64,000 bases of DNA from Lama glama (taxonomy: Eukaryota), in assembly GCA_028534125.1 (NCBI GenBank), contig CM052816.1, forward strand, positions 6,264,001 to 6,328,000. The letters run 5' to 3'. The notes under the pieces are model-generated. The model was not told where the DNA came from, did no database searches, and saw only the letters and a program-made list of their open reading frames with translations. This document shows positions 1 to 13,373 of this stretch, piece after piece. Positions within the stretch are counted from its first letter, which is position 1, and every line of letters begins with the position of its first letter. The position numbers and the translations under genes are program-made.

Positions 1-110
1 GTCTTGTCTGTCTCCATAACTTTGTGAGTTAATTTCTTCATGTAAAACCTCTCTCTCCCGCTCTCTCGGTCTATCCCATTGGCTTTGCTTTGCCCGACAA
101 CCCTAACACA
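1..110 (+). mobile_element. MLT2-type (ERVL) LTR, 3' end
   Basis: Ends ...cccattggctttgctttgcccgacaaccctaacaca, resembling the MLT2 terminus cctattggttctgtttctctggagaaccctgactaataca. Confidence 0.7.
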
Positions 111-444
111 GGTGATGAGTATTATGACAAAGGGGGATTGAGAGTCTTTTGCTTTCCCCCTTGAATCTTCTTACCTCTTCCCCCTCCACTCTGATTCCTA
201 AAATGTAGCTTTAAACTTGGGAATCTCTGCCTGCATTTTGATTTATAAGCAGTATGGGTGGTTTTAGAACACAGCTGGGATTGAGTTAATTTTATTCAGA
301 ATAATCTGTTTGGATTTTAATCCCCAAGGTTTAACTTCACAAGGAGATGATGATTCAGGTGCAGCAAATGACATTTTATTTCTTGTATCAACAGCTTTTA
401 TGGCCTCTTTGGGCTGACAGATACACTAGAAGTTGTGTAGTTCA

Positions 445-625
445 GTCGTGCTCAAACTTTAGTAATTAAAAAAAAAATCATGATGGTGAAGATATATAAC
501 CCCAGGCACCAGCCCCAGGATTCTGATATCTGGGCTTAGGGCCAGGAATCTGCAGCAGCCTTCACCAGCAGCCTGGGTGATTCAGTTGCAGATGAAAAGA
601 AACACACTCTGGGAAGCGCTGATCT
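445..625. mobile_element. MER5-type hAT-Charlie MITE
   Basis: cagtcgtgctcaaact...gattctgat...gggccaggaatctgca...ctgggaagcgctg. Confidence 0.7.
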
Positions 626-1088
626 AATTCAGATGTCTCAGCTGAGGCCAGAAGTGGGAAGTTGATGGCCTTAGGGTTACTGAGTGCACCAGGGAGCCTG
701 GCCCAGGCCTGTTTTCTCCTTTCTCATCTCTGGCCTCTTAGGCTCTGCCAGTGTCTTCCCTCTGCTAGCAGCACCACCCTCATCTGTAATCTTACAAGAA
801 AAGCAAATTCTTAGGCCCAGATCTAAATTTTCTGATCTCCTTCAGAAACTCTAGACCCAAAAATCTGTGTTTTACAGTTTTAGCAGATGCACATTTCTTG
901 GCAAGCTGTTGGCTTCAGTACGTGGGAGTCAAACGGTAACCATGTGCCCCTTATGAGCGTGGTCAGGTGTTTCTGTGACTACGGGGCGTGGCCTCACCCC
1001 CTTGGCCAGGTGTTGCCCATCAGCATTACTGCACTTCTGTTTAACTGAAAGCCAGCAGCTGCGTTCTGTTTGGCCCGCCCTCTTCCAG

Positions 1089-1167
1089 CCAGTCCTCTCC
1101 GTGGCCTGGACGCCTGTTCCTCCATCTGTGCCCACAACGTGCTTCTGCCTTCAGTGCCAACACCAGG
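1089..1167 (+). other. Candidate exon (probably non-coding or 5' UTR)
   Basis: Acceptor ctcttccag at 1088 (alternative ttctgccttcag at 1154) and donor AGG|GTGAGT at 1167/1168, in non-repeat CpG-containing DNA. Confidence 0.25.
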
Positions 1168-1454
1168 GTGAGTCGCTTCTGATTGTTAGATATGAACGGT
1201 GCATCATTTGCTCAGGGGGGGCAAGGACTTGGGTCAGAATGCAGCCTAACCTAAGAATTTCATAGTGTTCATAAACGGAGAGTGAGGCGCTTTGTCTGTA
1301 AGGACTCCGGGCTTGAAAATTCAAGCGTCAAAATTTCCTCCTGCGCTGTGTTTTCTGCTGTCAGTGGGCAGGGACCAGTTCAGTCCTTTTCTTCACTATA
1401 GGAAGGAGAGGGTGGGGAGGCAGAGCTTTGCTCATCCCGCCCGAACAGTTGCTT

Positions 1455-1545
1455 AATGATAATGAGCTGCGTTTATACCGTGCCTTTCATCCAGATAACT
1501 CCACAGACGGAATTTGTGTTCACCATTGCTTAAAACATACTTCAT
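1455..1545 (-). mobile_element. Possible AmnSINE1 3' tail fragment
   Basis: aatgataatgagctgcgtttataccgtgcctttcatcc resembles the reverse complement of the AmnSINE1 tail ggatgaaaggcgctatataaatg...ttattatt. Confidence 0.4.
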
Positions 1546-2649
1546 AGAGTCCCAAGGGTTTATCTCTCTGGGCTCCGTAACCTCTGCATTTGTTGTGTTC
1601 CGTGGTCTCTGCTTACACAGCCTGCCAAGAAAGATGGGTCATGAGCGGCGGTGGTGGTGTAATTAAGGCTGCAGACTGACAGAAAGGAGATTTGATCTAT
1701 TCTGACTTTCTGGTGTGTCGCTAGGTCCAGTTCACTGATGTGTTTGTGCGATTTTACATCTTTGTCAGGGGTTCTCCAGGGAGGAGTTGCGTTAGAGTTG
1801 GAGAGAGGTGCAGCTGAAGTACTTAAAAGCCCATCTGAATGCTTCAGACCCTTTGCAGGAGAGCAAGTGCTCTGTGGACTCACTCCTGTCTTGTAAGTCC
1901 ATGAGCAGGAATTGTCCCAGCCTGGGGGACTGGGAAAGGAAACCATGTTGAAGCATGTGAACCCTTGGAGTGAATCAGCAAGTCAGGAGAGGGTCTGTGG
2001 TCAGGAAGCACGTTGCCTCCAGGTCTCTGTTACCTAAGGGAGAGTGGTGGTTTGGGGAGTGATGGAATGGCTTTTTGTTGAGGCGTGGGAAGGGGTATAA
2101 TTGGGAAGCCAGGTGTGAATAAGCAGGAAGCTGTGCCTTCAGCACGGGGTCCACTTTTGGTGCCAATTAGAATGACCTGTTGAGCAAACAAGAAGCCAAG
2201 GAGACTTTACCTGTGAGGTTGTAATATCTTTGCAAAAAAACTCAAATCCTGGAAACAAATATTAAAATTGTTTCATCTCTAGATGGTACATACAGAAGTA
2301 TTTTTGTAATGTTTTATGCTTACCCTTAACTCCTTAAACGCTCGAAAATAAAACTAAGTCTTGGTGATTCCTTTTAAATCTACTGCATGAGATCCTCTTC
2401 CCTCCTACCGTGTGGCTCAGAGGCTCCTACTTTTTTAAAACTGCTCTAGAAATTCTGATGAATGCCCTTAGATACATTTGGCACTCAGTCCATGGGAGAC
2501 ATCTAATTACAACTCTAAGTTGGGATTTATCTAGCAAGTATCCACCTCATTTCCACTCTATATTGTTTCAGGTCACCTACAGACTCTCAGTTATTCAGGT
2601 CTGATTCCTGACTTGGACTGATTCATAGAGTGGTGATGATTCTGGCTAC

Positions 2650-2830
2650 ATTTTCTGAGCATTTGCTGGGTAGCAGATCCGGGCCATACATTCATGGCAT
2701 GGCTTTCTTTAATTCTCCCAATCATCTATTTGTGCTGGAGGAAACTGATGCTAAAAATAATTGAGGCTTAAAATTATTTGTTCCAGACCACCTAGTTAAA
2801 AAGTGATGAAGCCAACATTTGAACCCAAAC
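2650..2830 (-). mobile_element. MIR SINE
   Basis: gagcatttgctgggt...gaggaaactgatgct...gaagccaacatttgaaccca. Confidence 0.6.
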
Positions 2831-2957
2831 TCCTAATCTATCCCTCTCCACCCTCAATTTTCCACCCTGATAACCACAGTTTGTTTTCTATGTCCATGAG
2901 TCTGTTTCTGGTGTGTAAATAAAATTTGTATCTTTTTTTTTGATTGCACATATAAGA
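2831..2957 (-). mobile_element. Cetartiodactyl L1 3' UTR fragment
   Basis: ataaccacagtttgttttctatgtccatgagtctgtttctg; the same motif occurs in the L1s near 18770 and 63220. Confidence 0.8.
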
Positions 2958-4910
2958 CCCTGCACTTTTGATAACCATATATCAAGGCTTACTTATTTGA
3001 GATATCTTAATTATAGATAAAGAAATGAATCCAGAAAAGCAGATGAGAAAATTTCGAGGCCAGGCATGCTGTAGCCTCTCTGTGACTCCTCTTCCAGCTC
3101 TCGGTTCTTTTCCAGGTGCTTGATCTGTACAAATGTAGGCTGCTGACAGCTTGCCATGGTCAACCCTATCTCTAGTCTTGTCTTCTTAAAGAACCCAAGG
3201 GCTTCTCATCCACGTGTCCTGCTACTTTAATTCTCAGTCCCAGTGAGGAGAGCTGCTCTCTGTCTGCATTCTTCACCTCTAGCGCCTTCAATAAAACATG
3301 TGTTCCATTTGTCCTGACACAAACTTCCTCTTTGCAAGTATGTGATCAGGCTAGAGACTTAACGCTTTCTGAGCTGCCCAATTCACAGTAGAGAGTCTGA
3401 GTTATAAAACTGATTGCTAGGTAGGGCTTCATTAAAAGGCAAGACAGCTGAAAAACTGGCAAGAAATCTGAGTCAGGAGTTGGTGTCTTGGAGTCTTTCT
3501 TTTTTTCTTTAACAGTATTCCCAAGAGATGGGATACACATGCCTGTGTGATCACAGATATTCTCAAATGGTGCTTAAAGGCTGCTCTCCTCTTTTGCGTG
3601 ATGGATGGATTCCTTTTAAATCAAGAGCAAAGCTTTTCATTCCTTAGGGCTATTAAGAGACACACATTGGGATGTGAAATCCTTAGATTATAGCACACAA
3701 CAAGCACACATTGAATAAGTAAATTAATTAATGAAGGCAGTATTTCCCAAGGATGAAATGACCTACCACAGGTATGCAAATAAATTGGGAGTAACTCATG
3801 GACACTTTCCAAACTTTAATAGTGATCTTTAATTGGTGTTAGAGCAGAATAGGTTAGCACATTAAGCTGTGCACTAGGATATGTATTTAAGTAAAAGTGA
3901 GTTACCACATGAAAAATAATAGAATTGGATAAATATGGCATGTACACATGACTTACGGATGGAATTACATCTTCAGAAGCAGGTAAATTTTTGTAAGGTA
4001 TAAATTAAATCTGATAATCTGATGTGCAAATAGGGAAAACTGAGTACAAAGCTGGGGGACACTGAAATGAAGAGCGGTACACTGAAAAGTGTAAAGGATG
4101 CAAGAGGAAGCACCTGACACTGTGAATGTACAAAACACTGATTATTTCATGTTTCGTCCATAGGTTTATTCTCTCTCCTTTCTCTCTTGAGCTCTTATCG
4201 TCATCTTGCCTAGGAGGTCCCCTTCCTTACCAGAGCTTAGAAGTGCTTCATGGCCATATTTGTTGAGAGAAATCCCATCCTAGCTTCTTACAGCTGAAGA
4301 CATAAAATTATTTATTTTTACCTCTGGGTGGGAGCCAGATGGGGAAGGAGGGATTCCAGGAAATCTGGGGACACGATATTTTATCCAGTAAAAGTCATGA
4401 AGTGGTCGTGGAGGGCCAAGGGACAGGTATCATTTTGTAATGACCACCTAGTTTTATGAGATGTCTGGAAAGACCTGAGTAAATTAGTTCTTTCGGGACT
4501 GTTTGACTTCTTTGAAGAGGAGAGTATCTGAGGCTCAGAGATGAGCAGTGACATTAGTGAAGCAGTGCAGTGACACAGGCAAATCCCCCTTCCCATCAGT
4601 CGGGAAACTAATGGCAAATCCCATACACGCCGTCTCAGAGTAGCCCAGGAGCCCATGGTGAGAGAGAAGGTGGTGGGGGACAGACACAAGCAGAAATGTT
4701 AATAAATCTCTAATTGGCAGTTGAAGAAGCTGGATTATATAATCTCCAAGTATTGTTCAACTCCCTTTATTACTAAGACAGTAATTAAAAACATCTTTTT
4801 GAATCAAGAACATTTTGAGCATCTAAGGGAAACTGAATTCTCTACCCAGAAAAAAAAAAAACACGTACAGAGATAACTTTGTGTTTAGAAGGATATTGCT
4901 TTCCCCTAAA

Positions 4911-5395
4911 TGTACAGTCAAGTCCCCCAAATGGTGGCCCCTGGGAGACAGGTCCATGTCCTAATTCTTGGAACCTATTAATATTACTTGGATAAGAGTA
5001 TATATTGTATCATGTGCCAAAACATGTGATTAAGTTAAGGATTTGGGGAGGAGAATCGTGTATCTTGGGTTATCCGGATGGGCCCTCAGTCCAATGAAAA
5101 GTGTTCTTGTAAGAGGGAAGCAGAGGGAGGTTTGACTGATGGAAGTAGAGGAAACCCTGTGAGCAGAGAGGCAGAGGTTGGTATGATGTGGTCACAAACC
5201 AAGAATGCCCATAGTCACCAGAGGCTCGAAGAGGTCAAGCATGGGTTACCCCCTGGAGCTTCCACAGGGAATGTGGCCATGCTAGAACCTTGATTTCATA
5301 CTTCTGCCTCCAAGACTGTGAAAGAATACATTTCTGTTGCTTTAAGTTACCGAGCTTGTGGCAACTTGTTAGAGCAACTAAAGCAACCAAATAGA
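4911..5395 (+). mobile_element. MLT1 (C/D-type) MaLR solo LTR inserted into a hAT-Charlie (MER103-like) element at ~4790-5445
   Basis: catgtcctaattcttggaacct...gtgattaagttaagga...catttctgttgctttaag; Charlie-like flanks on both sides. Confidence 0.85.
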
Positions 5396-5971
5396 TCTCC
5401 TACTCCAGAAAGTAAACATGGGGCTCTTGAGAATCCATGCTACCAGGATTATGAAACAGGTGAGAGGAAGGTAACAGCCAAATTTTCAGTCACAGCCACA
5501 AAAACTCCCTGTGCTTCAGATCTTCAGTTTAAATTTTTCCATACGCCTAGTTCCTTTCTAGCTACCCGGACTTAGTTTGTCATGTGAATGGGAAACTTAC
5601 TAAAGATGACATCCTTAACTCACTTGGAAAGGATGAACACAAGAGTCAGGATGGATACATTCTGGTTTAACCTGGCTTCTTCAGTAGTTGTGAGAAATAG
5701 TTTTTAATTGATCATCAATGGTCTCTCTTTGCCAAGAGAGAATGTTCCTAAATTATCATGAATTTTAGAATCCCTAATTAAAATGAAGAGGGAAAAACAA
5801 TAATTAGATCCTGCCTCTATGAGATAAGAGTGAAGAAACCCCAATTCTGATGAACTGATCAATGGGGAGCACACACAACCTTTTTCTGCTGGATAGAACT
5901 TTAAGAAAAATTCGATGTAAGATCCAGCCCTTATCCAAAGATGTGTTGAAACTCAGTTTGAGCCCTTAGGT

Positions 5972-6150
5972 CACTGGTTCCCTAACTTGCATGTGTTCAG
6001 GGACAGCCCAGGCAGCTTATCAAGATGCAGGTCCCAGGGCCATCCCCGGCCATCTAATGACTCAATCTTGGGAGAGCTGGCCCAGGAATCTGCCTTTTAA
6101 GCTAGCTCCTCAGTAAATTATTTTGCAAGTTGTTAATGTAGCATATTTTT
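5972..6150. mobile_element. MER5-type MITE
   Basis: aagatgcaggtcccagggcc...ggcccaggaatctgccttttaa. Confidence 0.7.
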
Positions 6151-6549
6151 AGGCTAGTCACCTTCAGCTTCTCTCCAGAGGGTTGTCTTCATGGGACCCA
6201 AAGAGGGATATTAAGACCCAAATGTAAGAAGTTATTGGTATTATACCCTCTGTTAGCCAGGCCGGTGAGAGAAAATGTTCGGATCACGGGACTATCATGT
6301 ATTGGGATCAGACTGGGAGAAGAACAACTGGAGATTGGTGTAACCGTCTCTTTTGTCCAAGCTGGCATCCTATCTTTTTTTGTTGAGTGTCTGTGGTTAA
6401 TTTGATAAGCCCATGTGGAACTGTCAGGTAGATTGGAGTAAAGGTGAGGCTCCCTTTCCCATTATCTCCCGATTATTGTCTCCTTCTGCTATTTTGTCTC
6501 TGTCTCACATCTAGTGTTTCTACATGCGCAACACTCCGACTTCATTCCA

Positions 6550-6962
6550 GATTGTTGGTAGAAAACTACTGAACCTAACCAGAGGTGGTTTCTGTTGAAA
6601 GTAGTATGTGTTAAAAAAATATAAGGTGGCTTATGAGAATATTCAGGAGAGCCAGAAAGCCAAGCTTTGAGGCCATGAATCCAAAGTGATGTCTCAGACT
6701 GGTCTAAGGAAGATCCACTGCACTTGCCACTTGGCAAAAAGTCCCTGCCCTCTGCAATGTCCAGCTTCTGATTAAGAGTCTGGGATAGGAACATTTGATT
6801 TGGCAAACCCAAGTCATGTGTCCATGCCCAAACTGAAAGGGCTAATTGGAAAATAAGGTCATGTGATATTTTCAGCATCTGCATTTGTAAGACAACCCTA
6901 TCTTACATAGTAGGGAACTCCTCAAACATAGGAAAGAGGTTCAGATACTGGGTTCTCAAAAA
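6550..6962 (-). mobile_element. Old MLT1 (J/K-type) MaLR LTR
   Basis: gggaactcctcaaacataggaaagaggttcagatactggg. Confidence 0.65.
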
Positions 6963-9719
6963 TTATTTTTTAATTCAAACTTCCTTTTTTTTTTTTTTTA
7001 CTGCTTTTGCAGTTCTTAGCCATCCTTCCAGTGCCAACACAAATTTAGCCTACTGTAAAATTTCTAGGTGACTCAAACTGCATTGATCTCTCTCTTTTAT
7101 GATCTATCTCACTAATAGACTGAGTCACACAATATAAAATCTCATTATAAACCATTTTGGCCTGTTTGCCGATTGTCTCATGTGCATACGTCTGTTCTCC
7201 CCCAAATCAATCATCAGCAGCTCTAGAAAGACTTTATATTGACAACTTACGCAGCTGGGTGTTAGGGAGCATGTGTGGTTCTGTTGGAGGTCATTTGCTA
7301 ATAATTGTTGATTGTATTCAATCAATATACACAGAAAAATATTCAGCAGTTGCCTGCAATCTGTGAGATGAATATCAGCGTAGCAAATAAAATAGAGTAG
7401 AGAGATCAGAAGCAAGCAGCATGGACTCAGTCATAAAGGAAATAAATTTGGAAGAGGACTTAGAATAATGTCACCTATTCTAGCTATGAGATCATTCTCA
7501 AAGTGAGTGGAAAATAATATTTACATAAGAGAAACATGCTTCTGGCCTAGTAGCAGACACCACCTGAAGTTTTTCCCAAGAATTTTCTTGTACACTGGGG
7601 TAGACACAGTTGGGACAGAATATACGTGGATACTTATTGAAAAGTTACTGGTCAGCTTGTTCTTCCAATGTGGTGATTGCACAGTGACAGTGTCTATCAG
7701 ATGAAATAATTAAGGAAATGTATCTTCACCTTCCTCTGTAGTATCCTCGGTGTTTTACCAGGGAATCGGGATCTCCTTTCCCATTTAAATTTGTCATTAT
7801 AAAGGTACTTGATATTTAAGTAACCTTCGATTCCTTGATTGTCAACCTGTAGGAAAAGATGAGGTCACGCTAATTGTAAATGGAAAAATTAATTGAGATT
7901 TTCCTCAAGTGATCTGCCCTCTGGGAAAATCCATCTTAGCTACATCTATATCTTTTTCTCCTAACCAATCTACACAGAGGGTTTCCTTAATTACCCAGGA
8001 AGGTGTGCAAGGGTGCTCACAGGTATGTCCACACGGCAGAGCACCAAGCCAATGTGTTGGAGCCTCCCTGGTGCCATGGCTGCCCAACAGTGTGTGATAA
8101 AGTGAGGGGAAGGCCCCTCAGCCCTTGGCATCTCACCATTAGGTGGTCCTCAAAGCAGTGCTGCTTGGGCCTCCCAAGTTTCTTCTAAGAAACTAATTAC
8201 ACACACAGTTCTTTCCTCTTTCAGAGTTTAATCAGGAAACTTCTTCCTGCCCCTTTTTCCTCCTTCATGCCCCATCTTCACATATCTGTGGTTCAGATTA
8301 AGTTATAGTATATTCAAGGTCTGGACTTCCCCACTACGGTGTGCTTTGTCACTATGCCAAGGTGATTCTGCTGGGCATCTTCATTTCTCGGGATGTGATG
8401 TCTTTTAGTAGGTCCCTCGGCCCCTTCCTTGCCTCTCCACCTCCACTCAAAGGGATTCCTTACATCAGCAAGCTAAGGCAGGAGATGAGTGTGTGGGGGC
8501 AGGAATGGAAGTAGGGGTGAGGAACACTTCCATATAGTCCTATCCTGAGAAGACATCAGACTTTTAACCCTAAATTGGGAACAAGGGACATCCTCACCAT
8601 TTGCCTGGCTGTGATAGTTAATATGCTTCTAAAGCTATCAAAGATTGTAGAGATGGCACTACTTGTTAATAAACTGCAGCTCATATTTTTTTCAGCTTAT
8701 TTTGTCCTTGTTCGTAGGAACAGTCTCATGCTAGCATCTTGAATCCCAGGAGGCTGGCCATGAAGCCCTTTAAAATGACAGTTACTGAGAGCAAATCTGA
8801 TCAGGAAGATGTCAGGCTGAGCTATGTAGTCATTGACTATTGATTCCTTAGACTGAGGGTTTCTGTCATCTTGGGTCCTCATTCTTTCAGTGGCGTCTAT
8901 ACTCCAGGAATCCAATGGGTTTGATACGGCTTATGGGCTTTGGTAAGGTAGGGAAGCTGAAAGAGTGAGCCTTGGGAGCTCAGTGCAGTGTAAACAAAGG
9001 CAGATATGGGCTAAGTAGACTAAAACTTGGTGGTAGGAAAGACCCCCCTCTGAAGAGAGGTATGAGAAGCCAGGAGAAAAAGCCAGGACAGGGTAAGTAT
9101 CACAAACTAAGTTCTGTTTAACAGGCACTTACTGAGCATCTTTCATGTGTGGACCTTGTACCCTGTACAAGCATAGTAGTTATGAATTAGAGCTGGACAT
9201 TAGAATCATCTGCAGAATTTGTTTTGTTTTTGGAAAAAGCATGCCTAGGTCCTGCCTAGGTCTCCCTATGTCTAATGAATTTCTCTGGGGCTAGAATTTG
9301 CCGATCTAGATGAAAACAATGAAATAACCGACATGGGAGATCCTCCATAGTTGATTCTCTTTGCTCTGCCTGTTGAAGAGCTTTTCTGCCATGGTGTCCA
9401 AACGGAGAATTCACGGTGCTTGTTGTTAAGAGGCTAACAGCTAGTAGAAGAGACTGGTATCTCCGTAGTTAGGACTATGACTGATCTACGCTGGATTAGA
9501 ATGTTCATGAATAATGTATTTAGATCCCACCCACAACACCCCCCACCGGTTTGTCTGCATTCATGCAAACAGAGGAAATGATCTAATTTTACTTTCTGTA
9601 AACTTCTTAGGTTCCATGTCAGACTGTACCTGTTTCATAATAACTGCAAGTCTTCTCTGTTTTCCTATTTTCTGGATTTATTAGATAATAAAAAGAAGCA
9701 TTTGCTCCTTGCTGGTTAG

Positions 9720-10560
9720 TATCATTGAGGGTGGATTTTTAAAAAATTATTGAAGTAAAATTATAGAGTATTTTTGATTGCTGATTTAAAAAAACTTGTT
9801 TCATTTCTTTTACTGTTTTGGGTGGTTTTGATAATTGTTATTCTTCCTAGAAAACTAGCCATTTTATTTGTTTTTGTGTTTACCTTTGTCATTCAGACAA
9901 CAGAAACTCTGTCCTATCTCCAGTTAAGTCTCTTTCTTTTCCAGTATTCATTTTCCCTCCAAGAAGCTTAGCTGAAGCTTTGTCTAGTTTATAAGATACA
10001 ATTTTTGACTTTACCTTTTCTATCACATCATGTTTTCTATTAGATTAATTTCTGCATTGATCTTTACTTCTTTATTCCTCCATCTTGTTCGTTTTGGTTT
10101 ATTATGTTCTGTTTCAGCTTTTGTAGATGAATGCTTATTTAAAGTTTAAAAAAAAATTCAGTGTGGCAGTAATTCCATCTCTAACTACCATTTTAGTTAC
10201 TTCCTACCAGTTGTAGCATATGCTATTTTGTTTGTCATTCAGTTTTAAGAATATCATTTCCAATTTGATTTTCTTTGTATAACATGAATTACTTTAAGCT
10301 TCCAAATCTTTAAGCCTCTCTTCCTGTTGCTGATTTCTCATCTCAGTTGTTGTCAATGATTCTTTGTGATAAAAGTACCATGACAGGCTTTCTGTATGTT
10401 CCCATGAGTTTTGAAGCATGTATATTTATTACTTAGCGTGTCCTGGGATATGTATGTCTAAGTGTGTTATCAAATATACTTTTCTTTGGAAATTATTTAA
10501 AGCATTAATTTATTATATTACAAGTCGATTAAAAATCTGTCACTAAAATTTTTCATTTAT
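9720..10560 (-). mobile_element. Old L1M fragment
   Basis: T-rich degenerate L1 antisense sequence. Confidence 0.55.
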
Positions 10561-10574
10561 TTTTCAAGACTGTG

Positions 10575-11900
10575 CATATCCAAGAGCATGCAAGATCTTT
10601 TAACTTCAAAATAAGTAAAACTTTCAGAAAAATTGTAGTGGTAGTAAAAAGAATGTATACACTTTACCTAGATTCAAGGATTATTAATATTTTACTCATT
10701 TTGTGTTTTATCGTTGATGTGGATGTTGCCAAAATACCGGCCCCCGTCCCTGGCGAGCCAGGTAACTCAGAGGCAGGGTTTTGGAGCTTAGAAGAAAAGA
10801 GGCAGCTTTATTGCTTTGCCAGGCAAAGGGGAGTAAGCAGGCTAGCGCCTTCAAGACTGTGAACCCACCTTGGGGATGGGGAGGGTGATTCTAGAGCCAT
10901 AGCTCAAACAATGAACAATCAACAGAATCATTTTCTCTTCTTAAGACTTAGAGTGGCGTCCTGATGCCTCCAGGCAACCAGTTCTACCGGGGCTAGCAGT
11001 TGTCACTTTTTATCTCTTTATCTCATATGTGCCCAAGGTATGGTCGTCTTGGTATTTAGCCTACTTTGTAAGGTTACAGTTCTGTGACCTTCTCCCTGGA
11101 GAACAACTCAGAAACCAAGTATGATTATTACTTTTGATTACTGGAATAAAGCAGAAACAGTAGAATTAATAGCTTTCTTTTAACAATGGTCCTGAAGCTG
11201 GGAGTAGCAATCGGTCAGTCAGGTCAGTTGACTGTTTCAAGGGCAAGCATAAGAATAAGCAATCTGTTAGCCTACATGTGGCCATTTTATTAATCCTTCT
11301 TCATGTGTACTTTGTGTGTGTGTGTGCATACGTGTGTGTATGTACATATACGTATACACACAGACACAATTTTTTCTGACCCATTGAGGATATGCTACAT
11401 CATGATCCTTTGAGCTGAATACTTAAGCGTATATTTCCTACAAATAGGAATATTTTCTTAAATAACAAAGGGTAGTTATCAACTTCAGTAGATGTTAATA
11501 TAACACTTTAAAATGCTATCCATATTCCATTTCTGTCAGTTGGCCTTTTGTAGTCTTTTCCCCTGTAACATAGAATCCAGTCTGGAGTCACCTATTGCAT
11601 ATAGTTGTCATATATTTTATAATTTGATATGTTTCTCGAACCTTTCTTGGTTTTTTAGGACATTGACACATTTTAAGAATAAAATCTGAGATTTAATGGG
11701 ATGTTTCTCATTTCAGGTTTATCTGTTGTTCCCTCCGGGTTGGTTTTAAATTATGCCTTCTGAGTTGGAAAACTACATAGGTGGCCTGTCATTCTCAGGT
11801 TATCTCCCTATATGTGTCAGCCCCTCATGAGTGATGTCAGCTTTGATCACTCAGTCAAGGTGTTGTCTTACTTCTCCACTGTATAAAATTTTTTCCTTTA
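10575..11900 (-). mobile_element. L1MC4-like 3' end, interrupted by an ERV LTR and a (TG/CA) tract
   Basis: ctttacctagattca...tatttcctacaaataggaatattttctta...attgcatatagttgtcat; homology resumes after the LTR. Confidence 0.75.
10715..11303 (-). mobile_element. Lineage-specific ERV solo LTR
   Basis: TG...CA bounded; antisense polyA signal gctttattgc; interrupts the L1MC4-like element; ends uncertain by ~10-30 bp. Confidence 0.7.
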
Positions 11901-12070
11901 CAACAAGATGCTTCTGAAGACTGAATAAACAGGAATAATCTTGAATTTAGGATTCACTCCTGAATAGACGGGATGGACCCCATGCAAAATTTGGTTTGAG
12001 TGTTGGAATTGATAATACCACATACATATCAAGAGGGTATGAAAAGATATATTACTCAAATAAAGAGGCT

Positions 12071-12170
12071 TTTCCTTCTTTCCTTCCTTCCTTCCTACCT
12101 TCCTTCCCTCCCTCTTTTGCTCTTTCCCTCCTCCTTCCCTCTTTCTCTCCTCCTTCCCTCCTTCCCTCCT
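12071..12170 (+). repeat. (CCTT)n/(CT)-rich simple repeat
   Basis: Direct reading. Confidence 0.95.
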
Positions 12171-12859
12171 TAAGCTGGCCCAGAAATGGTTTGAGAGAGA
12201 GCGGAGAACAGAGAAAGACTAGTGTTACATTGTTTTTAGCAGTTATATCCTGGATGAGTTCCTGTAGGTGGACAGGGGTCTGCTTAGTTTGAAACTTCTG
12301 CCAGTGACAAAGAAGGGAAGACCTCACCCACTGACTCAGATGGGGACCAGAAAGTGAAGAGAGACGTAGGAGGCTTACAACCTGCCATTAAAAATATCAA
12401 ATAATGAGGTCAGACTCTTTATTACAAAAAATCATAGATGTCCTGTTTCTTAGTGTAATATCCTCCATTAATGATTCTTGAACGAATACATCTGTGTTAT
12501 AATCAAATAGAAATGCTGATTTGTTTTTCACCCGATCATTCTAGCATGCCCTGCACATTAATGTCAACCTTCATTATTTTAATTTAAACAAGAGCCCTCC
12601 CTCCTGTGTGTTCCTTCCTGAACCGGTCCTCTTTCTTAAAACTGCATAGTAATCCGCAGTTATTTCAAAATAAAAGTTTAATTATGACAAGCAACAGTTA
12701 ATTCTATAGTCACCTAAAAGCCTACCAGTATTTCAAATCAAGATTTGTGCTCACTGTAGTTTGGTAAACTCCATGCTTTCTCTTTGAGTTCAGTTTTCTT
12801 CCCTTGATAGTTGTATTCGTTTGGTAAACAGTATTCATATGCCTATAAATAGTCTGTTC

Positions 12860-13330
12860 TGGATTTTGAATGACTGATTGGATAACGTTTCTTGGTTGAT
12901 GTGTTTTTGTTTTTGTTTTTTGTTGGGTTTTTTTGTTGTGTTTTGTTTTCTGGTGTATTTTTGTTTTTGTTTTTGTTTGCCCTGCCCAGAATGGACTCTC
13001 TTGTTGCTCCTGAAAAGTCAGCTTTCAGTTCAGCTGTCTTTCCTTTGAAGATTGTTGGTCTTGGATTGCTAGTAATTTGATATTTTCTTTTTTTTCTTTC
13101 TGGGGGGTAATGACAGTGTGTCTGTATGTGGACTTACTGTGTTTATCCATGGCACTAGCAGCTCTCTTTTAATTTAAAATGTGTTTTTTCTTTCATTCTG
13201 GAAAAAATTCAGCTACTATTATTCAAATACTACTTTTCCATCTTTCCTTCTTTTTTGTTCCTTTAGAACTTGTACCAAATGCATGTTAAGGTCCTCAGTC
13301 TCTTGTCTCTGTCTCCCTTCCTATCTATTT
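12860..13330 (-). mobile_element. Old L1M fragment with (GTTTT)n tract
   Basis: ttgttgctcctgaaaagtcagct...ggaaaaaattcagctactattattcaaatac. Confidence 0.6.
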
Positions 13331-13373
13331 ATCATTGCCTGGATGGGCAGTATTTGGGGTAAATTGATGTTTG

